64,000 nt of DNA from NCBI RefSeq assembly GCF_964355755.1, contig NC_092673.1, forward strand, positions 24,735,648 to 24,799,647. The letters run 5' to 3'. Shown piece by piece: positions 48,501 through 60,486 of this stretch. This DNA comes from Antedon mediterranea. Taxonomy: Eukaryota; Animalia; Echinodermata. The translations under genes were made by a program, and so were the position numbers. A model generated the notes under the pieces. That model saw only the letters and a program-made list of their open reading frames with translations, was not told the origin of the DNA and did no database searches. Position 1 is the first letter of the stretch. Each line of letters starts with the position of its first letter.

Positions 48501-51500
48501 CCACCTCTTGGATAGATATGTCCCCTTGGATAGATATGTCCCCTTGGATAGACATGTATATTTGTATATACATAACATCTTGAATAGACATACCCTCTTA
48601 GATAGACATACCCTCGTTTCATTTCTCCACAATTGCCTGATTTATCCAAAAAATTAATTTCTGCTGTATTAACTTTTTGGATTATATTTCATTTCAGAAA
48701 TTCTAACAGGGGAAACTCTAAAGCAGCTGATAACTGCTATGTGCACACTATTATCATCGAGAACCAGGGAGATTGTTAGGTCAGCACTAGGATTTGTAAA
48801 GGTGCTATTGACAATACTAGACGAGGCTACGCTAGCACAGTTTGTAGAATCTCTGGTAACTATATTTTAATATTAAAAAGTACAATCCACTCTTGTATGT
48901 CCTTGATTATGTACTGAACATCAACATTTAAGGGAAAAAAAAGAATTGCAAAACCCCCTTACACCTTTGAGACCCATAATTGTGTTGTCCTTTTAAAGGA
49001 AAGGAACACCCTAATATCTTACCTAACTATTATAAAAGTAACCCTACCAACTTAATATTCAGAACAATTTATGTTTAAATCGGATTTGTAGTTTTCTAGT
49101 AAACAGGATTTTAAAGCTGTTTTCAAGACATTTGAAAATCGCCATCTTGTGCTCATGGCAGCCTGTTTGTGACGTCAGATACGGGCGACGAAAATTTTAA
49201 GATTCGCGGTTGCATTCGGCGCTTCTATTGGCTAAGCGAATCCGCTAATATAATTGGCTAATAACACGACATGCGGTCATGCAGGATGGCGATGACACGG
49301 TATGAGCATGCGCTGGCTTGGTAAACAAACCTTCGATCGATCTTTTCTTCTTCAAGCCAATTCGTAAATCTTTCAGCTATTGTTAATCTATTGTTACTTT
49401 TATTGCCTAGCTGTTTCAAACGGGATTTGGTAGGGGAATTAACTGGCAAACCTTCCTAACGGAGGCTGTTGGTTGACGATGCAGTGTCTACTTTATTTTC
49501 GTTCAACACGAGTTCTAGGCATACAGTACAGATACACACTGGCCGCAAGTACACCATTCTTCGACGGCTTGTTATGCTCGAGAATGTTCTTCTTCTCTTC
49601 TTTTTTCCTCATCAGCACGACGCAAAACTAACTCTCTTTCTGTATATTCTGGTTCCAAATTTTCTGAATTATAAAAACTCCAAGCCATATTCCGAAAATA
49701 TTAGGTATGTTAGGCTATTTAATTGATTTTATTTATGGTTATATCCCGCACTTTCATATTGAAATACTGTACTAAGACGATGGACGCTTGGATTTGCTTG
49801 AATGCGTCCACCTAATCTGACGTCACATAATTGCTCTTAACCTGTCAAAATGGCGCTGTTCAATTTCCGATATGTTGTCGTTTAAAAGTCTATTTTTTAA
49901 CTAAATTGCTTACTATTGTACCTTGAACCATTGTAATCATGTTTTTATTACATTTATCTATAAGCACAGTGGCACATTTAGCCCAGGGTGTTCCTTTCCT
50001 TTAATAGAGGTTGAATAAATGGGGTCATAGCGTTGACATGTGATTGCCTTTACTGTAACTGAAGTTTCGTCCTAATAGAATATATATTTGAATTTGTGTA
50101 ACATATATGTTGTCCTCTCCATTGTTTGCATAAAATAAGGATTAATTCAACATTATCAAGAGTAAATTGATTAAATATGCTATCAAATAATGATAGGATA
50201 AATTGAAAGTTATAAACAAATTTGAGTTTTCACTTTTTTAGGTGATGAGCATAACTTCTTTGAGTGAACCAAATCGACGAGCTTTGAGAAAATCAATGAA
50301 ATCAATCTATTGTAGATTAATCAGAAAATATGGGTAAGCATTCAATTGCTACAGTCAAATAAGTGCTGTAGTTAAATAAGACATGCAGTCAAATAAGTAT
50401 TGCATTTAAATAAGTGCTGTGGTCAAATAAGTTCTGGATAGTCAAATAAGTGCTGTAGTCAAATAAGTATTACAGTCAAATAATCGTTGTCAAATAAGCA
50501 ATGCTGTTCAAATTAGTGCTCTAGTCAAATAATTGCTGCAAATTTGGGATGCAATAAATAGTGTTGCAGTAAATTAGTAATACAATCAAATATTATGTGC
50601 TGAAGTCAGATAAGTTTTTCTGCTAAATAAGTGCTGCTATCAAATAAATACTGCAGTTAAATAAGCACTTTGAATCAAATAAGTATTGCTGTCAAATAAG
50701 CACAGCAGACAAATATGTGCTGAATTAAAATAAATGTATGATACTTGTTTAACTTACTAAATTAATTTTGTTCTAGTTATGAGATGATCATAAAACAAAT
50801 TCCGACTGATCAGCAAAAGATGGTTCATAATATAAAGAAACTACAAGAAAGAAGGAAGCGAAAAATGGCACTGAAGAATGCAGCAGAAGAGAGTGATGAC
50901 GATGAGGAGGAAAACGATGCCTTGCTACCAACCAAACCTCGACCAGAAACGTATGTATTGCACAGTTTTTGAAAAACATGAAAAATGAAGATTAATTAAA
51001 TCAGACTTTCAATAGGTTATTGTGTAGTGTTAATCACATCTGTAGGGGAAAAAAATGGGAAATAAACACTTATAAAATGACAAATGGTTAATTTCAACCG
51101 AAATCTTTAAATTACAAAGTATTTTCAGGCAATTTTTTCCGATCCCATTTTTGATTGATTGATTGGTCAAGGTGGATAACTAATATGTGACATTAATCGC
51201 ATATTCAACAACAAAATTGTAAGAATTATTTTTCAAGAGACAATACATCTTTAAGTAGAATAAATCATTATATTCTGGTCTCTTTTTTTCCTCATCATTT
51301 ATGTAAAGTAATTATATATTTAATCCGTGAGTTTTAAGCAAGAGATTATGGGTTTAAATCTGACTGAAGGATTACATTCTAGATTATAAGTTATAATTCT
51401 TCATTTGTAATCTATGATTTATTAATATTAATAATATGCACGCTTATTAATTTTTAATGTTTTCATTAATACAATGAATGTAATATTTTATACTAAAATT

Positions 51501-54500
51501 AATCTAACTAGAATTGAGGAGATACTTCAAGAATCCGATTCGGACACCGATGACGAGAAGGAGAAAAAGAAACCAGAAGGTCGCAAAATAAAGCAGAGAG
51601 GTGCAGCGTGGCTACGAGAAGGCAAAGATGAGACTCTGCTAGACTTCCTTGATCCGTCCGTTTCAAAGAGAGTCCTTGGTATAATCAAAATCACATTTGA
51701 TTTGTTACTGTTTTATTATATATTCTGTATTCTGTATTCTTGTATTAATTGCACACTTATCTGGAAAGCAGTAAACTCTTGTCTTTTTGTCTTGCTCACT
51801 TCCAAAAACTGTTGCTTTCTCCAAAAATCTATGTATTACCAATCACTATTATATTAAATGTAAGCAAATTAATATGCATAATACATGTTGATTTTACTCA
51901 ACTTATGTACTCTAATTTTTTGTTCAAATGTGTTGAACATATTATTGAGAATATATAAAAAGTTTTTATATATTTCCAAGTCTGGAAACACTTGAACATA
52001 ATTGTCGTATTGGAATTTTATCTGGTTCCCATTTAACACTCCAAAATTATGATGTACTTTGGCTTGGCTTGTTGTGAAGGCATACATCTTATTTATCAAG
52101 ACATGTCAATGTAACTGTAATTTATTTCTAGTTTGGTTAGGTTTTATTGTGTCCATTAAGTTTTCAATTTGAATACATATTTATTATAGGTCTTTTCTTT
52201 TAGGTTAGTTGAAGAGATTAGTTTGTAAATGCAACATGCCTAATATAGCATTAGAGTAGTATTCATGTTCCTCTACTTACTGGCTGTACAGGCATAATAA
52301 TAATAATATATAGTGGAAATGACATTGTGAATTTTATAATGTAGGCCTATTATAGCAATTCCTTTATCTTTACATAATGACACAAAGGCTATACTTTTAA
52401 ATTAAACATACGTAACCCTTTAGTAAACTTAATCTTCACATTTTACTTCAGCTACTAAACCAGACAAGCCTTCAGAAACGAAAGGGTTGAAACATAATTT
52501 CAAATCGATGCCAGATGGACGACTGATGATTACTGAAGATGTGGAAGAAAACAAGAATGAAAAGAAGAGTATGAAGACGAAACAGTTGAATGATGAACTT
52601 GGACAAATGATGGATGAAGAGCTTGCAAGCCGAAAAGTATATTTTTCCCTTCTTCATTCGATGTTTACAGTTGATAAATTCATCATCATCATTGTCATCA
52701 TCTTCATCATCATTGCCATCATCTTCATCATCATTGTCATCATCATCATCATCATCATCTTCTTATATGAAAGTGTACATTCTTCCTCTACACCTGGGGT
52801 TCTCAACAGATGGACTGTGGGCCAATTCTGGCAGGTGTCTATTTCATATGACCTCCAAAGAGCTACTGCTAAGAAAAAGATAAAAAATAAAAATGAAGGC
52901 TAAAAAAGAAATCGATGTCTTTAAAACCCATGGGCATCCGGAGACTTCACCCCTTAACCACGTAAGGAGCCATGGACTCACCCGTAACGTTGCACTATCT
53001 GGCCCACAAGATAATTTGTAAATTACAATCAGGCATGCATTAGAAACCCTGCACAAATACTTCGTGTCATTATTTGTCAAATTACTTGAAGTGGGCTTGG
53101 GTCGTTGCGTTGCATCCAAGCTTTTAGTAAACATTCATATCTGTTTACTACAGTAAAAATTATGATCAATGAAAAAAAATTCCTAAAGTTGAAGAACAGC
53201 AGCAATGATGACAGTAATGATTAGTTAGTAAGGGGATTTTTTGAATTTATATAAATATGTCTTCTTCTATGAATAGAATACGTGGGGGCTGGCTTTGAGT
53301 TCTTTCGGCCACTTTTGAATTTGTGCATTTATAATTAATTTCATTTCTCTTACTCCTGCGCCACAGAGCTCAAAGCACATCTTAATGAATCAATCTATTT
53401 ATGAATGGTAATAAATCAAATGATATCCTATTGGGAAAGATAATTTTAGCATTTACATTTTTTGTTGTTGGTTCAATTACACCAAATAAATTTAGCTATA
53501 GAGATTTGGCAAGTAAAGCATATTTCAACTGTGTGGCTTTTCTTGACAAGTTTATATTAATAAGTTTAAATTTATTTTTTTGCAACCCTTTGAATTTCAT
53601 GAGGTGTAAAGTGTATAGATGTATTGTAAAACTAGAGAGTCTGGATAGGGTCTCTTCAGTCAAAGTCAAAAATTCTTTATTAATCCCATGTGGGGAAATT
53701 TTAAAAACAAGGGTGAGTAATATATAATATGAAGTGATCATAAATTATTAATATTTGAAAATAATAAGTGAAAACCACATTAAAAAATTAATTGGATTGA
53801 TAATGGCAAATGAAATGTTTGCATAGGATACGCTCACCGAAGTATTTTGATACGTGACTGACTCTTACTAGCATATCTCATTGGCCAATTGCGGATGCAG
53901 CCATAATCTATGATTCCTCTCGTTGATGGATCGCGTCCCTGTCTGCCATTGAGTCAGAGTGGACTGCTTTAAAAAAAAAAAGAATTTAAAATATAATCTC
54001 TTTGATATTATATTTTTTAATTAATTCAGAAGCAGAATCGTAAGAGAAAGCTTGACAATCTTGAGGGAGTTAGTGACGACGATGAAGATGTTTCGCCAAC
54101 CAAGTATAAAGGTTAGTTTTTAGCCTTGATTTTCATGTTGTATCGTTGACAAAATATAGAAATCACCTCTTTCTCATAAGCTATGTCATTATCACAATTG
54201 GAGGTCATTTTAAAACAAAATCTGAATTTAATTAACACTTTTCTTTACAACAAATGTAAAATCAAGGTTTATTTGATGTTGGGCCTTCATTTACAATAAA
54301 AAATATCCAATTAATTATATGATAAAAATGATAATTAAAATAATTCACCTGTCCCATAGAAAGTGTATTTGACATTGTAATTATTGTTAATAATAATTGA
54401 AATGTACAGCACTATTAAATAGTTGGAATTTGGCAACAAATATCACATATAAAAGTCCTTAAAACAACTTCACATATTAATTTAAAGCAATGTCATACTC

Positions 54501-57407
54501 AAAATATTGTTAGTGACATTTGTATAAAAAATAAAGACACAGGATCCCAATGTGGGTGGAATTTGTCATTTATTGCGAAGCCTATACTATTAATCGAAGC
54601 TCTTTTTGATTTACCAATATTATCCGAAAATAATAATATTGTTATTGACACCTATCCTAGAATTTGCTTAATATTTTCAAATGATGAAAATAAATATAAA
54701 TAGATAAGATATTATTATTATTGAATAGTGAGACAAAAATACATGTGCTCGGGACGGATGCTGGAAACAAAAGAATAGAACGCACGTATCGAATTACCTA
54801 ACCCGTAAATCCCAAGAAAAAGCGCCACCAATCCAATCCACCACCTAGTGACATAAATTCATCATTCTTTTGAGTTCAAAAAATGTGTTGTAATTAATAT
54901 TTATTATAATAATAATAATTGATATAATTATATTGATTGTATATTTCAGCTGGAGGAGGAGGTATTCATCGACCTATTGCGAAGCCTTCTGGAAAGTCCT
55001 CTGCTCCTGGCTCTGAATACAAAGCAAAGGTAGCAAATATTTTAATTCTTTGGTTTAACATTTATAAAGCTCTGTCTACACTATCAAACTTTATGACAAA
55101 AAAAATGTACCCATGTATGGACATGATGTAAGTAATTTTAAAAATAATGACACGAAACTGCGGAAAGCTCTGTCTACACTATAAAAAAAATGTGATGTGC
55201 CCATATATGGACATGATGATGTCGTATCACTACCATATTTATGCATATCGCTACCATATTTGAGCACATCACACTTACTTTTGTCATAACTAGTTTGATA
55301 GTGTAGACAAAGCTTAACACACTACTTATTTTATTAAATGTACTATTACATGGTCAGCTTTTTGTAAAAAAATTGTCATTTTTGTGCAGCAACGCAACAG
55401 GGAAACCACCTGTTGGGTCTGTTACTGCTCTGCCTCTGTAATATTTAAATCATTTCTGTATATTTGGTAGTACTGTAATAAATACACGCATACAAGGAAA
55501 AAAATGAAAGATGTATGAGATAAATACATAAAATTGTACACATTATCTATTGTTTGATTATACTATGACTTATTGGTGATGATGATGATGTCATTCTGTT
55601 ACGTTTTCGCAGAAAGCTGCAGGGGATATTAAAAAGAAAGGAAAAGAAGATCCATATGCGTACATACCATTGAATAAACATCAGATTAACAAGAGGTAGG
55701 CCTAAAGCTTGTTATAACATAGACACTATATTTATTCTACAGAGTCAATAGCTGTCCATTCAGAAAGATTATTTATTATATAAAATATGAAAAACCACAT
55801 GAATCAACATATGCCTTGTATAATTTTTTTTTAAATACGGTACAGGTTTTTAAAAAAACTTGTGTTAAAGATGTATTGTCCCCCAAAAACATAAAAAATG
55901 AAGATTAATAAATCATACTTTGAATGTGTTATTTTGAAGTTTTAATAAAGTTGATCACTTCCATAGAAAAAAAATGGAAAAAATAGTGTTTTCACTTATA
56001 GAGTATAACGGTGCTGGCGTCACAACGGTAGGTGGCGCTTCGTGGTTGCTAGCGTAACCAAAAATGCGTTCAACCTGCCTGAGTGACTCCCAAGGCCACC
56101 AATGGTTTGGAATAGACTTATTGAAGTAGTTATTTTAAAACTTAATAATAAAAACAATAAAAACCAACTAAAATTTCAAAAGATCACTAAAAATTAGTTT
56201 TTAATAATCTATTTATTCTTCAACAGTTTAGAGTTAAAAAATATCAAGCTAAGATACATAATTTTATAGAAATACAGATCTTTACAGTTTATCAACATAG
56301 TAGCGTTTAACACATTTTTTGGTTGGCTAGCAACCATGCAGCGCCCTCTATCGTTGTGACGTCACACCGTGATACTCTATAAAATGGTTAAATTCAACCG
56401 AAAACCCATGTGCTGGCAGGAAATTTGACTATTTTTTGCTTTAAATTACAATTTTCCAAATAAAAATTTTTTTCGATCCAATTTTTGGTTGAAGTGGATA
56501 ACTATTATGTGATATTAAAATGGCATATTTGACACACATTTTTTTAAGAATTATTTTTCAGGAGGACATCTTCAATACAATACAATACATCTTTAATATA
56601 TGTAAACAGGCTCTGAATAAATTCTTAATATTGTGATGAAGAATTTCATTTAATACTATTATATGGTTTTCTCTGTTGCATGAGTGATAACAAACACATG
56701 TTGATATAAAATACATTCAAATTTCTGTCCATATTTTTTTCAATACCCTAATTGAAACGTATTCCCATTGGAAAATTGTTATAAATGAAGAATAAATTTG
56801 ATATACAATATTACATAAAAATCATTTATTTAATATCACCAGGGAAGAGTTAAATTAAATAAATTTTAATTTAACTCTTCCCTGATATCACTTTGCTGTA
56901 CACAATGCAATGATAAAGATTACTAAAGCGACAATGTCAACATTATTTTACTGCAGTAACTACAATTTAGTTTTATACTCTTTTAAACCTTTTTAAACGC
57001 AGACACTGTTTATTGCAGTGACTGCTTTACAAACTGCTGTACATTGAAACAAAATGAAAGCATACTTTATTGCCATAAAAATGTATTTGCTGCAGTAACT
57101 GCAGTAGCATAATTCAGACATCATCCCTAAAGCATATTCCAATCACTCTTTATGTATTAAACACCTATGTGACAGCAGAAATAGTGCCATTTCTATATGT
57201 ACAAAATGCTTTTTTAAAATTATACAAAAACTTTCACATGCTGTAATATTCTTATTTTTTATTTGATTACTTAACAGTAAAATATTGTTTTTTTTTAATA
57301 GGACAAAGAAATCTACTAAGGGTGCTTGGAACAACCTAACAAAAGCAGCCAAGAAAGGCGCCCTCGCTGGAAAGAAAGGACAAATGAAGAAATCCAGGAG
57401 AAAGTAG
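39392..57407 (+). CDS. RRP12: RRP12-like protein (HEAT-repeat ribosome biogenesis/export factor), 26 coding exons, 1301 aa
   Basis: Exons: 39392-39560, 40001-40194, 40341-40501, 40590-40812, 41406-41544, 41947-42074, 42640-42830, 42941-43052, 43436-43606, 44001-44179, 44609-44730, 45229-45456, 45553-45704, 45858-46010, 46702-46860, 47144-47333, 47795-47902, 48698-48855, 50242-50333, 50777-50950, 51512-51678, 52452-52636, 54030-54111, 54950-55029, 55613-55695, 57302-57407. Phases chain correctly to 3906 nt. Motifs: [102 protein letters not shown]. Confidence 0.96.
40001..40194 (+). CDS. RRP12: RRP12 exon 2
   Basis: [15 protein letters not shown]...HKE. Confidence 0.95.
40341..40501 (+). CDS. 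RRP12: RRP12 exon 3
   Basis: [13 protein letters not shown]...ETEYFAAL. Confidence 0.95.
40590..40812 (+). CDS. RRP12: RRP12 exon 4
   Basis: VPANVIK...SFTVHQKPK. Confidence 0.95.
41295..41394. repeat. 4 x 25-bp tandem repeat at the RRP12 intron 4 branch region
   Basis: CACTAACAAACTTCAAACATTTCTT x4. Confidence 0.95.
41406..41544 (+). CDS. RRP12: RRP12 exon 5
   Basis: VRKAAQNAI...[12 protein letters not shown]. Confidence 0.95.
41616..41882. mobile_element. MITE family D
   Basis: TTAAAGATATATTGTCCCC ... GGGATAATACATCTTTAA. Confidence 0.7.
41947..42074 (+). CDS. RRP12: RRP12 exon 6
   Basis: [11 protein letters not shown]...[10 protein letters not shown]. Confidence 0.95.
42200..42500 (+). 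mobile_element. tRNA-derived SINE (MetaSINE-like core)
   Basis: A box GTGGCCAAGCGG, B box AGTTCAAGTC, core GCGCTTTAAAGAACC, AT-rich tail. Confidence 0.65.
42640..42830 (+). CDS. RRP12: RRP12 exon 7
   Basis: ALYDYQP...AWLAVM. Confidence 0.95.
42941..43052 (+). CDS. RRP12: RRP12 exon 8
   Basis: [15 protein letters not shown]; phase 2-0. Confidence 0.93.
43436..43606 (+). CDS. RRP12: RRP12 exon 9
   Basis: [18 protein letters not shown]. Confidence 0.95.
44001..44179 (+). CDS. RRP12: RRP12 exon 10
   Basis: CLQTMADLR...[12 protein letters not shown]. Confidence 0.95.
44609..44730 (+). CDS. RRP12: RRP12 exon 11
   Basis: FPRSWLIPV...YFLPLA; GAG acceptor. Confidence 0.9.
45229..45456 (+). CDS. 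RRP12: RRP12 exon 12
   Basis: [10 protein letters not shown]...; ends at GC donor ATG|gcaagt. Confidence 0.9.
45553..45704 (+). CDS. RRP12: RRP12 exon 13
   Basis: [15 protein letters not shown]. Confidence 0.95.
45858..46010 (+). CDS. RRP12: RRP12 exon 14
   Basis: 153 nt, phase 0-0, open frame, GT-AG. Confidence 0.9.
46260..46593 (+). mobile_element. LINE 3'UTR-like fragment
   Basis: T-rich UTR, stem-loop, ends AATAAAATCAAATCAAA. Confidence 0.4.
46702..46860 (+). CDS. RRP12: RRP12 exon 15
   Basis: [13 protein letters not shown]. Confidence 0.95.
47144..47333 (+). CDS. RRP12: RRP12 exon 16
   Basis: PRLRCL...[12 protein letters not shown]. Confidence 0.95.
47347..47532. mobile_element. MITE family B
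   Basis: AAGCATGGTTCTCACTAG ... CTAGTGAAAACCAAGCTT. Confidence 0.7.
47795..47902 (+). CDS. RRP12: RRP12 exon 17
   Basis: [17 protein letters not shown]. Confidence 0.93.
48116..48340 (+). mobile_element. 5'-truncated SINE (MetaSINE-like core)
   Basis: GTAAAGCCGTTGGTCCC...GCACGTTAAAGAAC...TTCGAAAAGAGTAGGGG; (TTTACC)n tail. Confidence 0.6.
48345..48612. repeat. 18-bp minisatellite (54-bp higher-order unit)
   Basis: CCCCTTGGATAGATATGT repeats. Confidence 0.9.
48698..48855 (+). CDS. RRP12: RRP12 exon 18
   Basis: [19 protein letters not shown]. Confidence 0.95.
48997..50000. mobile_element. Kolobok-like non-autonomous DNA transposon (TTAA TSD)
   Basis: TTAA|AGGAAAGGAACACCCT ... AGGGTGTTCCTTTCCT|TTAA. 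Confidence 0.85.
50242..50333 (+). CDS. RRP12: RRP12 exon 19
   Basis: RLIRKYG; phase 0-2. Confidence 0.92.
50350..50735. repeat. Degenerate ~17-bp minisatellite filling RRP12 intron 19
   Basis: GTCAAATAAGTGCTG(T/C)A-type repeats. Confidence 0.85.
50777..50950 (+). CDS. RRP12: RRP12 exon 20
   Basis: [15 protein letters not shown]. Confidence 0.93.
50970..51254. mobile_element. MITE family D (left end lost)
   Basis: Interior matches 29157-29463; ends GAGACAATACATCTTTAA. Confidence 0.6.
51512..51678 (+). CDS. RRP12: RRP12 exon 21
   Basis: IEEILQESD...AWLRE...LDFLDP. Confidence 0.95.
52452..52636 (+). CDS. RRP12: RRP12 exon 22
   Basis: ATKP...[13 protein letters not shown]. Confidence 0.9.
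52680..52762. repeat. (CAT)n microsatellite
   Basis: Read directly. Confidence 0.9.
54030..54111 (+). CDS. RRP12: RRP12 exon 23
   Basis: KQNRKRKLD...PTKYK; phase 0-1. Confidence 0.88.
54950..55029 (+). CDS. RRP12: RRP12 exon 24
   Basis: AGGGGIHRP...GSEYKAK. Confidence 0.95.
55066..55316. mobile_element. MITE family A copy with duplicated left end
   Basis: AAAGCTCTGTCTACACTAT occurs twice (55066, 55165); right TIR at ~55295-55315. Confidence 0.75.
55613..55695 (+). CDS. RRP12: RRP12 exon 25
   Basis: [20 protein letters not shown]. Confidence 0.96.
55865..56595. mobile_element. MITE family D copy interrupted by a nested MITE
   Basis: TTAAAGATGTATTGTCCCC ... ACAATACATCTTTAA. Confidence 0.7.
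55997..56381. mobile_element. Nested MITE with ~58-bp TIRs
   Basis: TATAGAGTATAACGGTG...GGTTGCTAGC / GCTAGCAACC...CACCGTGATACTCTATA. Confidence 0.8.
57302..57407 (+). CDS. RRP12: RRP12 exon 26 (stop)
   Basis: [10 protein letters not shown]...RRK TAG. Confidence 0.92.
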
Positions 57408-57525
57408 GAATCGGGAATTATGGAATGGCACATGTTGTACTTTATAAAATAACCATGACTGCACACATTTTTTTCTTAATTCTTCAATCTGTAAGATGAC
57501 AGATTTTGTATAATGATCTATTTTA

Positions 57526-59371
57526 TTGTCTCAACGATTACGATTGTTGGTAATCGTAAATATATTTTGACACCATGAACGTATGTGTATGGGCATGCTG
57601 CAGGCTGTACCTAAAAACTGTTGTCTATATCAACGATTTCCATTGTTGGTAATCGTAAATATATTTTGACACCATGAACGTATGTGTGTATGGACATGCT
57701 GTACCTAAAAACTGTTGTCTATATCAACGATTTCCATTGTTGGTAATCGTATATATATTTTGACACCATGAACGTATGTGTATGGACATGCTGTACCTAA
57801 AAACTGTTGTCTACATCAACGATTTCCATTGTTGGTAATCGTATATATATTTTGACACCATAAAAGTATGTGTATGGACATGCTGTACCTAAAAACTGTT
57901 GTCTATATCAACGATTTCCATTGTTGGTAATCGTATATATATTTTGACACCATGAACGTATGTGTATGGACATGCTGTACCTAAAAACTGTTGTCTATAT
58001 CAACGATTTCCATTGTTGGTAATCGTATATATATTTTGACACCATGAACGTATGTGTATGGACATGCTGTACCTAAAAACTGTTGTCTACATCAACGATT
58101 TCCATTGTTGGTAATCGTATATATATTTTGACACCATAAAAGTATGTGTATGGACATGCTGTACCTAAAAACTGTTGTCTATATCAACGATTTCCATTGT
58201 TGGTAATCGTAAATATATTTTGACACCATAAAAGTATGTGTATGGACATGCTGTACCTAAAAACTGTTGTCTACATCAACGATTTCCATTGTTGGTAATC
58301 GTAAATATATTTTGACACCATAAAAGTATGTGTATGGACATGCTGTACCTAAAAACTGTTGTCTATATCAACGATTTCCATTGTTGGTAATCGTATATAT
58401 ATTTTGACACCATGAAAGTATGTGTATGGACATGCTGTACCTAAAAACTGTTGTCTATATCAACAATTTCCATTGTTGGTAATCGTATATATATTTTGAA
58501 ACCATAAAAGTATGTGTATGGACATGCTGTACCTAAAAACTGTTGTCTATATCAACGATTTCCATTGTTGGTAATCGTATATATATTTTGACACCATGAA
58601 AGTATGTGTATGGACATGCTGTACCTAAAAACTGTTGTCTATATCAACGATTTCCATTGTTGGTAATCGTATATATATTTTGACACCATGAACGTATGTG
58701 TATGGACATGCTGTACCTAAAAACTGTTGTCTATATCAACGATTACGATTGTTGATAATCGTATATATATTTTGACACCATGAACGTATGTGTATGGACA
58801 TGCTGTACCTAAAAACTGTTGTCTACATCAACGATTTCCATTGTTGGTAATCGTATATATATTTTGACACCATGAACGTATGTGTATGGACATGCTGTAC
58901 CTAAAAACTGTTGTCTATATCAACGATTTCCATTGTTGGTAATCGTATATATATTTTGACACCATGAAAGTATGTGTATGGACATGCTGTACCTAAAAAC
59001 TGTTGTCTATATCAACGATTTCCATTGTTGGTAATCGTATATATATTTTGACACCATCAAAGTATGTGTATGGACATGCTGTACCTAAAAACTGTTGTCT
59101 ATATCAACGATTTCCATTGTTGGTAATCGTATATATATTTTGACACCATAAAAGTATGTGTATGGACATGCTGTACCTAAAAACTGTTGTCTATATCAAC
59201 GATTTCCATTGTTGGTAATCGTATATATATTTTGACACCATCAACGTATGTGTATGGACATGCTGTACCTAAAAACTGTTGTCTACATCAACGATTTCCA
59301 TTGTTGGTAATCGTATATATATTTTGACACCATCAACGTATGTGTATGGACATGCTGTACCTAAAAACTGT
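57526..59371. repeat. Tandem array, 20 x 92 bp, each unit with an internal hairpin
   Basis: AAAAACTG recurs every 92 nt (57707...59363); unit core ACGATTTCCA-TTGT-TGGTAATCGT. Confidence 0.97.
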
Positions 59372-59666
59372 GCTAATGTACACAGTCAGTGATTAGAAGG
59401 ATAGAGAAGAACTCAGGAGACTGGAAAGAGACTGATTTATGCGGAGAAAGATCCTTTTAACAACATGAAACAAAATTCAATGCATGATTTTTCTAGATTA
59501 ACCAGTTAACCACCAGGTGATACCCATGTAGATATAATACATGATAAATATATTCTAGAAAGCGAATGTTTCTTTTGTTTATTTAATTTTTGGAGATAAA
59601 AATTATCTAGAAAATATTTACCGTGGCCGCTCTAGCTACCAAGCTCGGATACGGTAAGTGCATGTT

Positions 59667-59941
59667 AAGCTCTGTCTACACTATCAAACTAGTTTGAAAA
59701 AAAAAATTGTGATGTGCCCAAATATAGTAGTAATATACCTGTGGTCTGTGGTCGAAATAAAAATGAAAAAAAAATAGACAAAAAGATAGAGAAAGAGAAA
59801 GAAATTAAAGAGGATAAAAAGAAAAAAAAAGTGACAACTTGTAATAATTATATTTATAAATATTCTGTACTCTTACTTGATGTGGTATAAATATGGTAGC
59901 CACATCATATTTTCTTGTTTGATAGTGTAGACAGAGCTTTA
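59667..59941. mobile_element. MITE family A copy
   Basis: AAGCTCTGTCTACACTATCAAAC ... GTTTGATAGTGTAGACAGAGCTT. Confidence 0.8.
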
Positions 59942-60295
59942 GGCAGTTGGGCCTACTCTAACTTGGTCCATTATAGAGATATCTCTTTGCTTGGTTTGAC
60001 CTTAATCAAAGCAAACACTGCCAACTTGAAGAATAGGTGCCAGAAACTTATTGATTGAGTTTTTGACTAGAGACACTTTCCAAAGAGTGTTTATAACACC
60101 CTCACTAATTTGACAATACCATTGTTATAAGCACCCAGAGTTTGAATTGTTCTACTTAACTGTATACTGTCACTGCTTAGCTGCTCTCTATAATTAAATT
60201 GATCATTAGTATATATTATGTAGGTCAATGGAAGGAAAAAAAAACAACAGGACAATTTGTTGGGTACTGTACTGCACTCTTATATGTATATTTAC

Positions 60296-60486
60296 TACAG
60301 TAAAACCACTCATTTTGGGACACTCATATTCATGAGACATCCATATTAAGGGGACAGTTTTCAGTAAAACGAAAGCGGGGCAATATATGTTTTGACAGTA
60401 CTGCCAACCTCTTTTACTGGAACACTTTGTTGGCTCCCCAATGTGTCTGCTTCCCAGGTGTCTGCTTAGCAGGGGTACTACTGTAC
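60296..60486. mobile_element. Tc1/pogo-like MITE (TA-CAGTA ends)
   Basis: TACAGTAAAACCACT ... GGGGTACTACTGTA with GGGACAC repeats; related relics near 44198-44348 and 63430-63532. Confidence 0.5.

Noticed and set aside
48334-48649. Three overlapping minus-strand ORFs with repetitive peptides
   Set aside because: Artefacts of the 18-bp minisatellite
52637-52903. Poly-Ile / poly-Ser ORF extensions after RRP12 exon 22
   Set aside because: Read-through into an intronic (CAT)n microsatellite; the donor at 52637 gives the correct phase
57526-59371. CRISPR-like array (regular palindromic repeats)
   Set aside because: Whole 92-bp units repeat with no unique spacers, there are no cas genes, and the context is eukaryotic
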